Source: Pyrolobus sp. (GTDB taxonomy: Archaea > Thermoproteota > Thermoprotei_A > Sulfolobales > Pyrodictiaceae). Taken from it: a DNA stretch of 53,543 nt. The notes under the pieces are model-generated. The model was not told the origin of the DNA. It made no database searches and was given only the letters and a program-made list of their open reading frames with translations. The translations under genes were made by a program, and so were the position numbers. The stretch covers positions 1 to 53,543 of the forward strand of contig WAOO01000125.1 of NCBI GenBank assembly GCA_015521195.1, written 5' to 3'. Below, piece after piece: positions 9,206 to 18,286 of this stretch (position 1 is its first letter; each line of letters starts with the position of its first letter).

Positions 9206-9604
9206 ATGAGCGCCTGGTTGAAGAGGATTAGGGATGCGGTGGAGGAGATAGGCTATAGCTTCGAGTTCGAGGAGACGCTCAGGATACACGTGGGCGACGT
9301 TATAGTCGAGGTCGGGGCGGACGAGAACAGCTATACGGTCACCGTCTCGGTGCAGCTGCCTGGGGGCGAGGCTTCCGAGGAGGAGCTCGACTACTACACG
9401 AGGCTCTATGAGCAGGCTCTGCGCGTCGTGCTAGGGCTGAGCGGGGAGCTGCGCTACGAGGTGGATACAAGCCTGCCGGAGTACCCGTCGCTGCACATGG
9501 TACGCGTCTACAGCGACCCGGAGAAGCTTGCAGACGAGCTTATCGAGAGGCTGAAGAAGCTGGCGGAGGTAATCCCGCCCTCCGGGGGCCCCGCTGAGGG
9601 CTAG
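9206..9604 (+). CDS. hypothetical acidic protein
   Basis: 132-aa ORF, ATG preceded by GGTGG, typical codon usage. Confidence 0.7.
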   Translation: MSAWLKRIRDAVEEIGYSFEFEETLRIHVGDVIVEVGADENSYTVTVSVQLPGGEASEEELDYYTRLYEQALRVVLGLSGELRYEVDTSLPEYPSLHMVRVYSDPEKLADELIERLKKLAEVIPPSGGPAEG

Positions 9605-10584
9605 AGGCTGGCGAGCCTCGCCGCCTCGCAGGCTATCCTCGTCTTTTCGACCGCGTAGCGCAAGGGTATGAGGTCCACCGGCGCGCTAGTCGCGACCACA
9701 AGCTCCTCCACGTTGTACTTGTAGGCTAGGCGTTTCGCCTCGTCCGCCACCCTCCTCGGGTCCTCCGGATAGATGCTCCTCGCGTTCACGAGGCCGAGGA
9801 GCAGCCTCCTTGGCGCCCATTTGTCTAGGGCGGCCTCAGCCTTAGACGGCGCATCCACATAGTCAATCATAACCGCGTCCACCTTGGCGTCTCCGAGCTT
9901 CTCCCAGACCTCCGGCCTCGGCGGCGCATAGTACGTCAGGAGCCTCACCACCGCCTTCCCCGAAACCCTCGAGGCTATGACGGAAGCCAACCTGGCTGCG
10001 AGCTCGCTGTCCTCGGGCTTCGCGTCGATATCCCCTAGGAGCGGCTCGTGGATGTCAACTATGCTCGCGCCGTTGGCTACGCTCTTCTCGGCCTCCAGGG
10101 CGAGTATCTCGGCGACCCTCTCGGCTACCTTCACCGGGTCCAGCCCCTCCCTTATCCTGGCAAGCCTGGTGAAGGTGACCGGGCCGGGTAGTGTCACACG
10201 GAGCTTCACCCACTCTGGCAGCACTCCTCTAAGCGCCCTGACTCGCGGCGGGGTAACCAGCCTCTGGGGGTCTGGGAGCTCCTCGACCACCGGTATCCTG
10301 TAGAAGAAGTTGTTGTCGAACCACCTGTTCAACCCGTCTATCCAGACGCCCCTCCACGCCTCTGCGAATGGGCGGAGGAGGTCATGCCAGTCTATCAGCG
10401 GGTCTGCGACTGCGTCGACACCCGCTGCCACCTGGACTCCGAGGAGCATCACGCTATCCTCTATGACCGCCCTCGTCGCTTCTAGGAGGCTGGCCTCCCC
10501 CAGCTCCTCCACCCTCCTCAGGAGCCTCCGGACACGGTCGCTGCGGGGGTAGGGGGGTAGCACGGTACAGGCGAAGCTCGGCAT
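9601..10584 (-). CDS. MetE-like single-barrel protein (N-terminal/non-catalytic half type)
   Basis: YPR, RWFDNNFFYRIP, LPGPVTF, IHEPLL, GLVNARS..PE. The His/Cys/Cys zinc ligands are not evident. Confidence 0.8.
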   Translation of the reverse strand: MPSFACTVLPPYPRSDRVRRLLRRVEELGEASLLEATRAVIEDSVMLLGVQVAAGVDAVADPLIDWHDLLRPFAEAWRGVWIDGLNRWFDNNFFYRIPVVEELPDPQRLVTPPRVRALRGVLPEWVKLRVTLPGPVTFTRLARIREGLDPVKVAERVAEILALEAEKSVANGASIVDIHEPLLGDIDAKPEDSELAARLASVIASRVSGKAVVRLLTYYAPPRPEVWEKLGDAKVDAVMIDYVDAPSKAEAALDKWAPRRLLLGLVNARSIYPEDPRRVADEAKRLAYKYNVEELVVATSAPVDLIPLRYAVEKTRIACEAARLASL

Positions 10585-10642
10585 TGCCTTCAGCCGGTCT
10601 CTGCGCGGGCTAGGAGGGCTTCTAGCCTATCGCCTGGAGCCT

Positions 10643-11500
10643 CTACGCTAGTATCGCCTGCACACCCCTAGCCTTTATATCGCGGTAGACTCGCTCCGCG
10701 CCATCCCCGTGCAGCACTAGCGCCGCCCCCTTCTCGACCATCGACGCCAAGAGCCCTGTTACCGCGTCTAGGAGCTCCGTGTTGGCGTGGAGGGCGGGGT
10801 CTTCGAGGAAGAGGAGCATGTTGTAAGGCATGTTCCTCGCGTAGTGCAGGAGGGGGAAGACCGCGAAGACGACAGGCTTGGGGGCGCATAGCTCCGTAGA
10901 CTTAGGTTTACGCAGCAGTAGCCCCCAGGACGCCAGCTCCTCGTGGCACTCTACAAGCTCCTCTATCCTCCTCGCATACTCCTCGCCCGCAGGCCCCATG
11001 CCTATCAACGCGCGGGCCTCGACCATGTCGCGGAGCCAGGGTGTATCGCAGTAGAGGTGTATGAATGCGCGTACATCCCCGACACGAGTCTTAGGCGCGT
11101 ATGCTGGCCAGGGTACGCCACGGGGCCATTCGGCCGCACCGAGAGGCGCCAGCGCGTCCTCTGCAGCCTCCCTGTCTATCTCGAAGTCGAGCCTCTCCTC
11201 TCCCACTTCCAGCCTAAACCAGCCTAGGTCGACGCGGAACGGCTCTTCGAGGGTAACCCGGTGCGAGCGTATCATCCTCTCGAGCCTCCTCTCGAACCCC
11301 CTGCCGCCCACCACGCCGGCGACGTGGTCGCCTCGTTTGCCCTCCGGGGCCTTCCTAGCCTCCTCGTAGAGTATCCTCGCTATACTCCGGACTATCGCGT
11401 AGGGGTAGAGTAGCGTATCGAACCTCGTCGACAACGTGACCGAGCCTGGCCTTGCCTCTAGCCACGCGTTCTTACCATACTCGACTCTAAGCCTCCACAC
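10643..11500 (-). CDS. hypothetical protein with a degenerate ABC/AAA_21-like C-terminus
   Basis: LLFLEDPALH resembles the Walker B/D-loop hhhhEEPE.HLH; no Walker A. Start placed at GTG 11500 to avoid overlap with the DUF432 gene. Confidence 0.55.
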   Translation of the reverse strand: MWRLRVEYGKNAWLEARPGSVTLSTRFDTLLYPYAIVRSIARILYEEARKAPEGKRGDHVAGVVGGRGFERRLERMIRSHRVTLEEPFRVDLGWFRLEVGEERLDFEIDREAAEDALAPLGAAEWPRGVPWPAYAPKTRVGDVRAFIHLYCDTPWLRDMVEARALIGMGPAGEEYARRIEELVECHEELASWGLLLRKPKSTELCAPKPVVFAVFPLLHYARNMPYNMLLFLEDPALHANTELLDAVTGLLASMVEKGAALVLHGDGAERVYRDIKARGVQAILA

Positions 11501-11539
11501 GGGTATACCGCCGGTGCGGACACCGCAACGGGGGGTTAG

Positions 11540-12232
11540 ATGGTGAGAGCCCTCATCGTCAAGCATGGTTTCGGGGGGCTGATTCCGGGGGTAGAGCGTA
11601 GGATAGGCAGCCTTTTCTTCAGGGTGTACCGCGGGGATGACGACCTCACCGTATACGAGGCTGGGGCGGGGGATGAGGTTCAACAACGACTCCGCATCGT
11701 AGCCGATGGGCTCGAGGTCGTCCCTGGCCCCCCGGTCCTCGCAGAGCCGAGGATAACAACGATAATAATGTATAAGCTCGGGGAGCCCCTCGTGATAGAG
11801 CCTGGTGGCAAGGCGCGCATTAGCTCATGCATACCGGTCGACATTGTCGTGGCTCTATCGGGGAGCATTATCGACGTCCGGCCGTCTGTCAGGGTGAAGT
11901 ACGCGCTCTACGGTAGCCTAGACCGGGGATTCATAGCGAGGGTTGTGCGGGACTCCAGCCCTCCATGCGCGAGGACAGAGATAGAGGTCGTTAATGCGGG
12001 TGGCCATCCCGTAAGAGTCTCTAAGATAGTCTTTCCAGGCTACATGCTCAACCTGTGCTACGTCGAGGACGAGGAGTACGCCTATGCTAGCCCGTTGCTC
12101 GTCACGATAATAGACGATGTTGGGAACGTGCAGCCCAGGCAGGCCCCCATGCCCTCCTGCAGGCAGGCGCCGCAATTCCTACGGGCGCCCATCTTCGAGA
12201 AGCAGAGGTTCCTCATGCTCCACGGGTTTTGA
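11540..12232 (+). CDS. DUF432 family protein
   Basis: P..IEPG, PVDI.V, KYALYG..DRG.IAR, V.N...HPV.VSKIVFP. Confidence 0.75.
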   Translation: MVRALIVKHGFGGLIPGVERRIGSLFFRVYRGDDDLTVYEAGAGDEVQQRLRIVADGLEVVPGPPVLAEPRITTIIMYKLGEPLVIEPGGKARISSCIPVDIVVALSGSIIDVRPSVRVKYALYGSLDRGFIARVVRDSSPPCARTEIEVVNAGGHPVRVSKIVFPGYMLNLCYVEDEEYAYASPLLVTIIDDVGNVQPRQAPMPSCRQAPQFLRAPIFEKQRFLMLHGF

Positions 12233-12346
12233 GCGCCTAGGCGGCAGGCGGTACTACGGTTTCATCTGCATCGTCTGCCTCGGCCACGCTCATATGGTAA
12301 TACAGCCCCATGGGTGGAATACTGGGTTTCGGGACGGTGGACGGTA

Positions 12347-13666
12347 ATGCCCGGAGACTGGTTCATAGACATGTTTACCTCTGAGCTCGACAAGCTGCTC
12401 TCCGAGCTAAAGAGGAGCAATGAGAGGCTCTCTGCCGAGATACCCCGCGACTTCTGGTGGGTGCCGCGTCTACCCCCTCCCGCCAGAGACCCCCGCGTCG
12501 CAGCGGTCGACGGGGGTAGTGGGGCCGAGCCGCTGGTCGGCGGCTCGGCGTTCTACGTCGCGAGGGCCATGGCGGTGTTCAACCCCCCGGGCGACCCCGT
12601 GAAGCTCATCGACGTCAAGCTGCTGCCGTTGCGCGACTCTAGAGTGCTAGACGCTCTACGTGCAATAGTTGAGCAGCGGGCTGCGCTACGCGCGCTGGAG
12701 AGGCTACCGGCTGGGGAGGAGCATACAGTGCTCTTCATGGACGGCAGCTACCGCGCTCTGGTCTCGGCCGCCGTCACGGCGATAAAGAGGGCCGCGTATG
12801 GCTACGTCAACCTCTCCTCGCTGTACGCCGGCCTCTTCAGCCTAGAGCTGCTGGTGGTAGCCTCCCGCCTCCTCCAAGCCGCGGTGGAGAAGGGCGTCGC
12901 AGTGGCCTATGTATCCAAGGACTCCGGGTACCGTAGCTTCAAGGAGGCCGTCCTCCTCCAGATACTGGCCGATGCGGCTGAACGAGAGGGGCTCTCCGAG
13001 CTCTCCGAGCTCGCCTATAAGGCTGCCAGGATGTACCCGCTGAAGACCCTTAGGGAGAGGCTGCTCTCCTGGAGGAAGAGGGTCCCCCCGCGCCTGAGAC
13101 CCCTCCTAGACATGATACTCGACATCGGGTATAGGGATGTCCTCTTCATAGACGATTACACGGGAGGCTCCACCGGGCACACGGTGGTGCTTGAGCTGGG
13201 CCTCGGCGGGCTATACGGGGGCGATATAGAGCCTGCGGTTGACAGGATGTGCAGCCGTATCGAGGAGTACCTAGGCGGCTATGAGGCCGAGAACTGCAGA
13301 GGGCTGGCGCCCGACGCCTCCAGAGCATACCAGATGCTCCCGACGACGCGCATGATGTACGTCCGCCTGGGCTACCGCGATACGCTCCTCCTCGTGGAGA
13401 CGCCGGGCTCGGGCACGATAGCCTCGGACCATAGGCGTTTAGACACTATCGGCGAGGTCGAGGATAGGGTGTTGAAGGTTCTAGTTGCGGGTTACGCAGG
13501 GCCACGCTTCTACAACAGGTGGCTTGTAGCAGCGCACGAGGCTGCGGCACTGCGCGGAGAGCAGCTAGTACTCTACGCCAAGATATTCGACGCGCTAGCC
13601 CAGACCCGCGGAGTGAACCTCAGGCTCGCCAGGAGGACTGGCGTGGGGGTGACGGGCATTGCCTAG
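12347..13666 (+). CDS. nurA: NurA-family 5'-3' nuclease
   Basis: VAAVDGGS, LFMDGS, YVSKDS and C-terminal Y..WL..AHE.A motifs; overlaps the herA start. Confidence 0.88.
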   Translation: MPGDWFIDMFTSELDKLLSELKRSNERLSAEIPRDFWWVPRLPPPARDPRVAAVDGGSGAEPLVGGSAFYVARAMAVFNPPGDPVKLIDVKLLPLRDSRVLDALRAIVEQRAALRALERLPAGEEHTVLFMDGSYRALVSAAVTAIKRAAYGYVNLSSLYAGLFSLELLVVASRLLQAAVEKGVAVAYVSKDSGYRSFKEAVLLQILADAAEREGLSELSELAYKAARMYPLKTLRERLLSWRKRVPPRLRPLLDMILDIGYRDVLFIDDYTGGSTGHTVVLELGLGGLYGGDIEPAVDRMCSRIEEYLGGYEAENCRGLAPDASRAYQMLPTTRMMYVRLGYRDTLLLVETPGSGTIASDHRRLDTIGEVEDRVLKVLVAGYAGPRFYNRWLVAAHEAAALRGEQLVLYAKIFDALAQTRGVNLRLARRTGVGVTGIA

Positions 13667-15791
13667 ACTGCCGGGCGCACCCATAGGGAGGATAACCGGC
13701 GTCTCAAGCCCCGACTCGTTCATCTTCACCTTCGACCCCAACAACCCCGTCAAGCTCTACGACTACGTCGTGATAGACATGGAGGAGGAGCCGCCGGACG
13801 CCGAGAACCCGGTCCACGTCAAGGTCGTAGCGCAGGTGTATCGGGTGGAGAGGGCTAGCCTGGGGCTATCGCCTGACCACCCGTGGCCCGTGGTCCGCGA
13901 GTATAGCCTCCCGTTGGACCTTGACACGCCACGCGCATACGCGAAGGTGCTCGGCTACAAGTGGAGGGGTAGGATTCTCAGGCCCAGGAGCGCTCCCCCC
14001 GTAGGCAGCTGGGTATACCTGGCTCCCGACGACCTGCTCCGCGACTTCTACTCGGTGGATGAGAGGAGGAGACTCCACATAGGCTACCTGATATCGAGGC
14101 CGACGGTGCCAGCCTACCTCGATGTGGAGGGGATAAAGAGGCACGTCGCTATCATAGCGGCGACGGGCTCGGGCAAGACCTGGACTAGCGTCGTACTCGT
14201 AGAAGAACTGTTGAAGAAGAACGCGACTATACTCATCATAGACCCTCACGGCGAGTACGTCGCGATGAAGAGGAGTGCTTGTGTAAAGGCAAGGGAGTTC
14301 TGTAACAGGATACGCGTGGTGAAGGGCCACCCGGATCAGGAGGGGGATAAGGTATACCGGGTCGACATCAATAACATCGATGGAGTCACGCTGGCTGATA
14401 TCGCTGGTGTCCCGAGGAATGCGAAGAGGATACGAGAGATCATCATAAGCGCTAAGAGTGTTGCAGAGGCGCTTGTGAGGGCGACGGGCAGGAGGGAGCT
14501 AGGCTCGATAGACGTCATTACCAGGGTTATGGACATCGCCTACTCCGAGAGCATCGCCGTCAAGAAGCCCTCAATCCCACACTATACGCGGCAGCTTGTC
14601 AACCAGCTTGCAGCCGAGGGTAGGATACTGGCGGATAAGGCTGACGAGGTGCGGGAGACCCTCGAGACCGACAGGGGGTACCGCGAGGCAGCTGAGCAGC
14701 TCCTGATATCGGTCGGGAAGAGTGTAGAGGCTTTGACTAACGCGAAGAGGTATCTCAGGAGCCTCGCCCGGATAGGGATATACTCTACCAGCAGCATTCC
14801 CTTGGATGAGCTCCTCTCGCCCGGAACTGCCACCGTGGTCAACCTTGCGGGTCTGCCGAGCGTAATGCAGGACCATATAGTCTCGAATATACTCGAGAGG
14901 GTGTTCCAGGCGCGCGTGAGGGCCGTTAGAGGTCTGCCGGGCGAGAGGTACGACTATCCCGTCGTCGTGATAGTGGAGGAGGCTCACCGCTTTATACCGG
15001 CTAGGAGGGAGAGGGTTGAGACACGGAGCCTCCCGATAGCCGCGATGATAGCCGCGGAGGGTCGAAAGTTCGGCGTCTTCCTCGTGGTTATTACGCAGAG
15101 GCCGAGCAGGATAGACCAGGATGTGCTAAGCCAGGCTCAGACCCACATTATACTCCGCATTGTGAACGTGAGGGACCAGCAGGCTGTGAGGGATGCGAGC
15201 GAGCAGCTGAGCCAGGACCTATTTGAGAACCTGCCCGGGCTAAACCCGGGCGAGGCCATCATAGTTGGGCCGATGGCCCCGATACCGATGATGGTCCGGG
15301 TGCGCGACCGCGTACTCGACTATGCGGGTAAGGATATCAGCCTTGTAGACGCGTGGGGGAGTGCTGGCGAGCTGTTGAAGAAGGAGAGGAGCGTGGAGGA
15401 GAAGCTCGCTGCACGCCTATCAGACTTGCTCGCCGAGCCCGTCGAGCCGCCACAGGTGCGCGACGCCCTATCTCACCTTGTTGGCGTCGAGATACCCGAG
15501 AAGGTGTATCGGAGGGCTCTACGCCTCGTAGCCGAGGGCAAGGTCACAGTCTACAGGTATTCGCCGCAGGACACCAAGGTCTACGCACGGGTGGACGACT
15601 ATGAGGTCGAGGTTGGCCTCTGGGGCGGCGTACGAAGATGCGACTGTGGAGCAGACAGCACGGAGAAGGAGGACGCGATATGCCCGCATATGGTGGCGGC
15701 GGTAGCAGAGGCCGTTATAGAGGAGTTATTGACGCCGGTGTTCAAAGCTGCGAGAGGAGCCTCGGATGAAGACGAGCTACTCGGATTATGA
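13659..15791 (+). CDS. herA: HerA-family helicase/translocase with C-terminal SWIM-like Zn finger
   Basis: N-terminal HAS barrel, RHVAIIAATGSGKT, IIDPHGEY, IVEEAHRF, EGRKFG, TQRPS, LPGL.PGEA. The tail has CDC-x11-CPH. Confidence 0.92.
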   Translation: MPRLPGAPIGRITGVSSPDSFIFTFDPNNPVKLYDYVVIDMEEEPPDAENPVHVKVVAQVYRVERASLGLSPDHPWPVVREYSLPLDLDTPRAYAKVLGYKWRGRILRPRSAPPVGSWVYLAPDDLLRDFYSVDERRRLHIGYLISRPTVPAYLDVEGIKRHVAIIAATGSGKTWTSVVLVEELLKKNATILIIDPHGEYVAMKRSACVKAREFCNRIRVVKGHPDQEGDKVYRVDINNIDGVTLADIAGVPRNAKRIREIIISAKSVAEALVRATGRRELGSIDVITRVMDIAYSESIAVKKPSIPHYTRQLVNQLAAEGRILADKADEVRETLETDRGYREAAEQLLISVGKSVEALTNAKRYLRSLARIGIYSTSSIPLDELLSPGTATVVNLAGLPSVMQDHIVSNILERVFQARVRAVRGLPGERYDYPVVVIVEEAHRFIPARRERVETRSLPIAAMIAAEGRKFGVFLVVITQRPSRIDQDVLSQAQTHIILRIVNVRDQQAVRDASEQLSQDLFENLPGLNPGEAIIVGPMAPIPMMVRVRDRVLDYAGKDISLVDAWGSAGELLKKERSVEEKLAARLSDLLAEPVEPPQVRDALSHLVGVEIPEKVYRRALRLVAEGKVTVYRYSPQDTKVYARVDDYEVEVGLWGGVRRCDCGADSTEKEDAICPHMVAAVAEAVIEELLTPVFKAARGASDEDELLGL

Positions 15792-16590
15792 CGCGGAGCT
15801 TGTAGCTCTGCTCGAGGAGGCCTATGAGGAGACGAGGGGGTGCATAGGGGAGGATGACGCCGAGAAGCTCTATGAGTGCGGCCTAAGCGGGGAAGGTGAA
15901 GCTGAGGTCCATGTTGGCGGTTTGCTCGTCCGCATACCCTGCAGCGACCTTCCCGAAGCGTGGTTCAACCTATCCCATGTATTCTGTACCCGAGACTATA
16001 CGCGGGTTGAGGGTTTCGAGCCCCAGCCGGGCTGGGTCGTTGTAGATGCTGGCGCGTATCTCGGCTTCTATACACTGTACGCGGCGGCCCGTGTCGGGGC
16101 CAGTGGTCTGGTCGTGGCGGTGGAGCCTCTATACAGGAACAGGGTATACATCGAGGCTAATGTCGCTGCAAACGGGTTCCAGGATAGGGTTCGAGTGGAC
16201 CCTAGGGCGCTGGGCGAGACCAGCGGTTATGCCTTGATGACCCTGTCCTGCTATCCCGCTACGAGCAGCCTGGTAGAAGACCATGTGCTTGCTATGAGCG
16301 GGGGAGAAGAGTGTGGCAGGGTGAGGGTCCGTGTCGCTACTCTACCGGAGCTGTTGAAGGATCATAGGCTCGGCCGCGTAGACCTGCTTAAGCTTGATGT
16401 AGAGGGTGTCGAGGATAGGGTGTTGGGTGTACGCGGCTGGGAGGAGGTTGTCGAGAGGCTCGTGGTTGAGGTTCACACGGATATTGTGCCTGTCGAACGT
16501 ATTGAGAGGCTCTTAGAGGAGAGGGGGTTTAGGACTAGAGTCGTAGAGATAGGCTCGGATGTACAGGTTATGCTTTATGCGTGGCGATGA
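15766..16590 (+). CDS. FkbM-family SAM methyltransferase
   Basis: VVDAGAYLGFYT, VAVEP, LLKLDVEGVE, VEVH. Confidence 0.9.
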   Translation: MKTSYSDYDAELVALLEEAYEETRGCIGEDDAEKLYECGLSGEGEAEVHVGGLLVRIPCSDLPEAWFNLSHVFCTRDYTRVEGFEPQPGWVVVDAGAYLGFYTLYAAARVGASGLVVAVEPLYRNRVYIEANVAANGFQDRVRVDPRALGETSGYALMTLSCYPATSSLVEDHVLAMSGGEECGRVRVRVATLPELLKDHRLGRVDLLKLDVEGVEDRVLGVRGWEEVVERLVVEVHTDIVPVERIERLLEERGFRTRVVEIGSDVQVMLYAWR

Positions 16591-16640
16591 AGAGTCGGGG
16601 TGAGCTGATGGCGTGATGATAACGCCCCGTAGTCTGAGCC
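16583..16640 (+). ncRNA. box C/D guide sRNA (16S rRNA targets)
   Basis: C GCGATGA (overlaps the FkbM stop), D' CTGA 16605, C' GTGATGA 16613, D CTGA 16634. Both guides are antisense to conserved 16S sequence. Confidence 0.9.
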
Positions 16641-16642
16641 TC

Positions 16643-16972
16643 CTACAACCCTAGGTAGACTTTGCCCTTCCTGAGCCTCCGTAGGAGCGGTGTGGCGCGT
16701 GGGCGCGGGATGCTCCCACACAGTGTTATAGCGGGTAATGCGCCGTAGGGGTCCTCGAGGGTCAGGCAGCCTCTTTCCATCCTCCAGTTGAAACGGTATC
16801 CTCTGCGTGCGGCCGCTTCGACAATACCGCGGGGGAGGCTCTCCTCGGGTATATCTATGTGGGTGCGGCTAGCCCCCATACACCCTGCCGGGTGGAGCTC
16901 TACGAGCACGTTTCTGCATTTACCGTTCACACACAGCCTAATTTTCAGCCTTTTCTTGCACACTGCTTGCAC
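16643..16972 (-). CDS. small basic Cys-rich hypothetical protein
   Basis: 109-aa ORF overlapping the pcc1 end and filling the gap. Confidence 0.55.
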   Translation of the reverse strand: MQAVCKKRLKIRLCVNGKCRNVLVELHPAGCMGASRTHIDIPEESLPRGIVEAAARRGYRFNWRMERGCLTLEDPYGALPAITLCGSIPRPRATPLLRRLRKGKVYLGL

Positions 16973-17207
16973 CCTCTAGACTATCCCATAGGCTCGCGGC
17001 GAGCGAAAGGAAGGCGTTTATGATTGCCCGGGCTGACGCCTCGTCCCTAGCCTCAATCTCTATCACCACCATGTCTCCACTCCTCTCTACGCGCGTAGAC
17101 CCCCTCGAAGGGTCTGGGGGGTTCGAAGCCTCCACTCTAAGTGCCTCTTCGAGAGCCTTTGCCAGCCTCTCGTTGCACGTGATGAGGGTCACCCTAGCCC
17201 TTAGCAT
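16938..17207 (-). CDS. pcc1: KEOPS complex subunit Pcc1
   Basis: 89 aa; AL..E, RGS, IEIEARD..SARAIINAFL; directly follows the Brix gene as in other archaea. Confidence 0.8.
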   Translation of the reverse strand: MLRARVTLITCNERLAKALEEALRVEASNPPDPSRGSTRVERSGDMVVIEIEARDEASARAIINAFLSLAASLWDSLEGASSVQEKAEN

Positions 17208-17820
17208 ATGGGAGCACCTCGCCCTTCACAAGGTATACGTGTATCTTCGACTCTACATCTGTCACCGCTGTTATGCGGAGGGTCGGGCCGCATACGCGCC
17301 TAGTATGCGGGCATATGAAGACGAGCTCGAGGTAGCCCTTCTTCTCCTCAGCCACGCCTATGACGTCGAAGCGTTCCCACTGGTCCTCGTCTAGCACTAT
17401 CCTGGCGAGGAATGATTTGGCAAGCGTGTCAACCGCCCTCGCAGCCTCCTCGCTGTGTATTCTCTGCGCGTCAAGCCCGACGCTTTTCACGTTGAATACC
17501 CTCTGAGAGCCTGGAGTCTCTCTCCTAAGCCTAACCCCCGAGAGGCTTATCGTCGAAAGGAGCTGCAGCCCCTCCTCGGGCAACGCACCCAGCTTGTACA
17601 CCCTGAGTACCCCAGGATTCCCCTTCTTCATCCCAACGACTATCACGCGCTCGGCGCCCCGCGCATACGCCTCGTAGTACAGGTCTTGGAGAGTAGCCTT
17701 ACCCCTGTTCATCTTCACAGCCTCTGGGAGAACCGACGCCAGGTCCTTTGCGAAGCTGCGCACACGCTGCGAGGGCCTATGAGACGTCGTCACTATTATC
17801 CGCGCCCTAGCCCTCTGCAC
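17194..17820 (-). CDS. Brix/Imp4-domain ribosome biogenesis protein
   Basis: IVTTSHRPSQRVRSFAKDL, NRGK, KGNPG, GPTLRI. Confidence 0.9.
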   Translation of the reverse strand: MQRARARIIVTTSHRPSQRVRSFAKDLASVLPEAVKMNRGKATLQDLYYEAYARGAERVIVVGMKKGNPGVLRVYKLGALPEEGLQLLSTISLSGVRLRRETPGSQRVFNVKSVGLDAQRIHSEEAARAVDTLAKSFLARIVLDEDQWERFDVIGVAEEKKGYLELVFICPHTRRVCGPTLRITAVTDVESKIHVYLVKGEVLPYAKG

Positions 17821-17899
17821 GGTATTCCCTTGTCACCTTTACACCCACAAGCCTCTTTTAGCCAAAATCGGATATACCCTCATAACCCCGATATACCTG

Positions 17900-18286
17900 G
17901 TGATGCGCATGGCCGAGAGCCGTGTCGTCGTGACTAGGATACGTATGGTTGGACGCAGGTGGAAGACGGAGTTCCTTGAAGACTTTATGGAGCTCCTAAA
18001 GCTTACATTTGGAGCCGAGACGCTCGTAAGGCTCAATAGCTTCCTCACACCCCAGAGGAGGTTCCCGATAACGGATTTCGACGTGTTCAAAGAGGCCGAC
18101 GAGGAGACTATAAGAAAGCTCAGGGATGAGATTGAGAAGCTGCTAGAGGAGCACGGCTATAACCCCAGACGCCTGTTGACAATCAAGCTTGTAGAGACCA
18201 GCGTGACTGCAAGGGAGGCGGCTATCGAGAAGAGTAGAGAGGATGTTGGGACCGAGGAGGAGAGGAGAGAGGCTGAGAGAGCCTAA
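17900..18286 (+). CDS. hypothetical protein
   Basis: 128-aa ORF filling the gap between the Brix gene and moaC. Confidence 0.65.
   Translation: MMRMAESRVVVTRIRMVGRRWKTEFLEDFMELLKLTFGAETLVRLNSFLTPQRRFPITDFDVFKEADEETIRKLRDEIEKLLEEHGYNPRRLLTIKLVETSVTAREAAIEKSREDVGTEEERREAERA

Noticed and set aside
12233-12346. Possible sRNA or small ORF upstream of nurA
   Set aside because: One 8-bp stem and partial box-like words only; no coherent C/D layout or credible ORF
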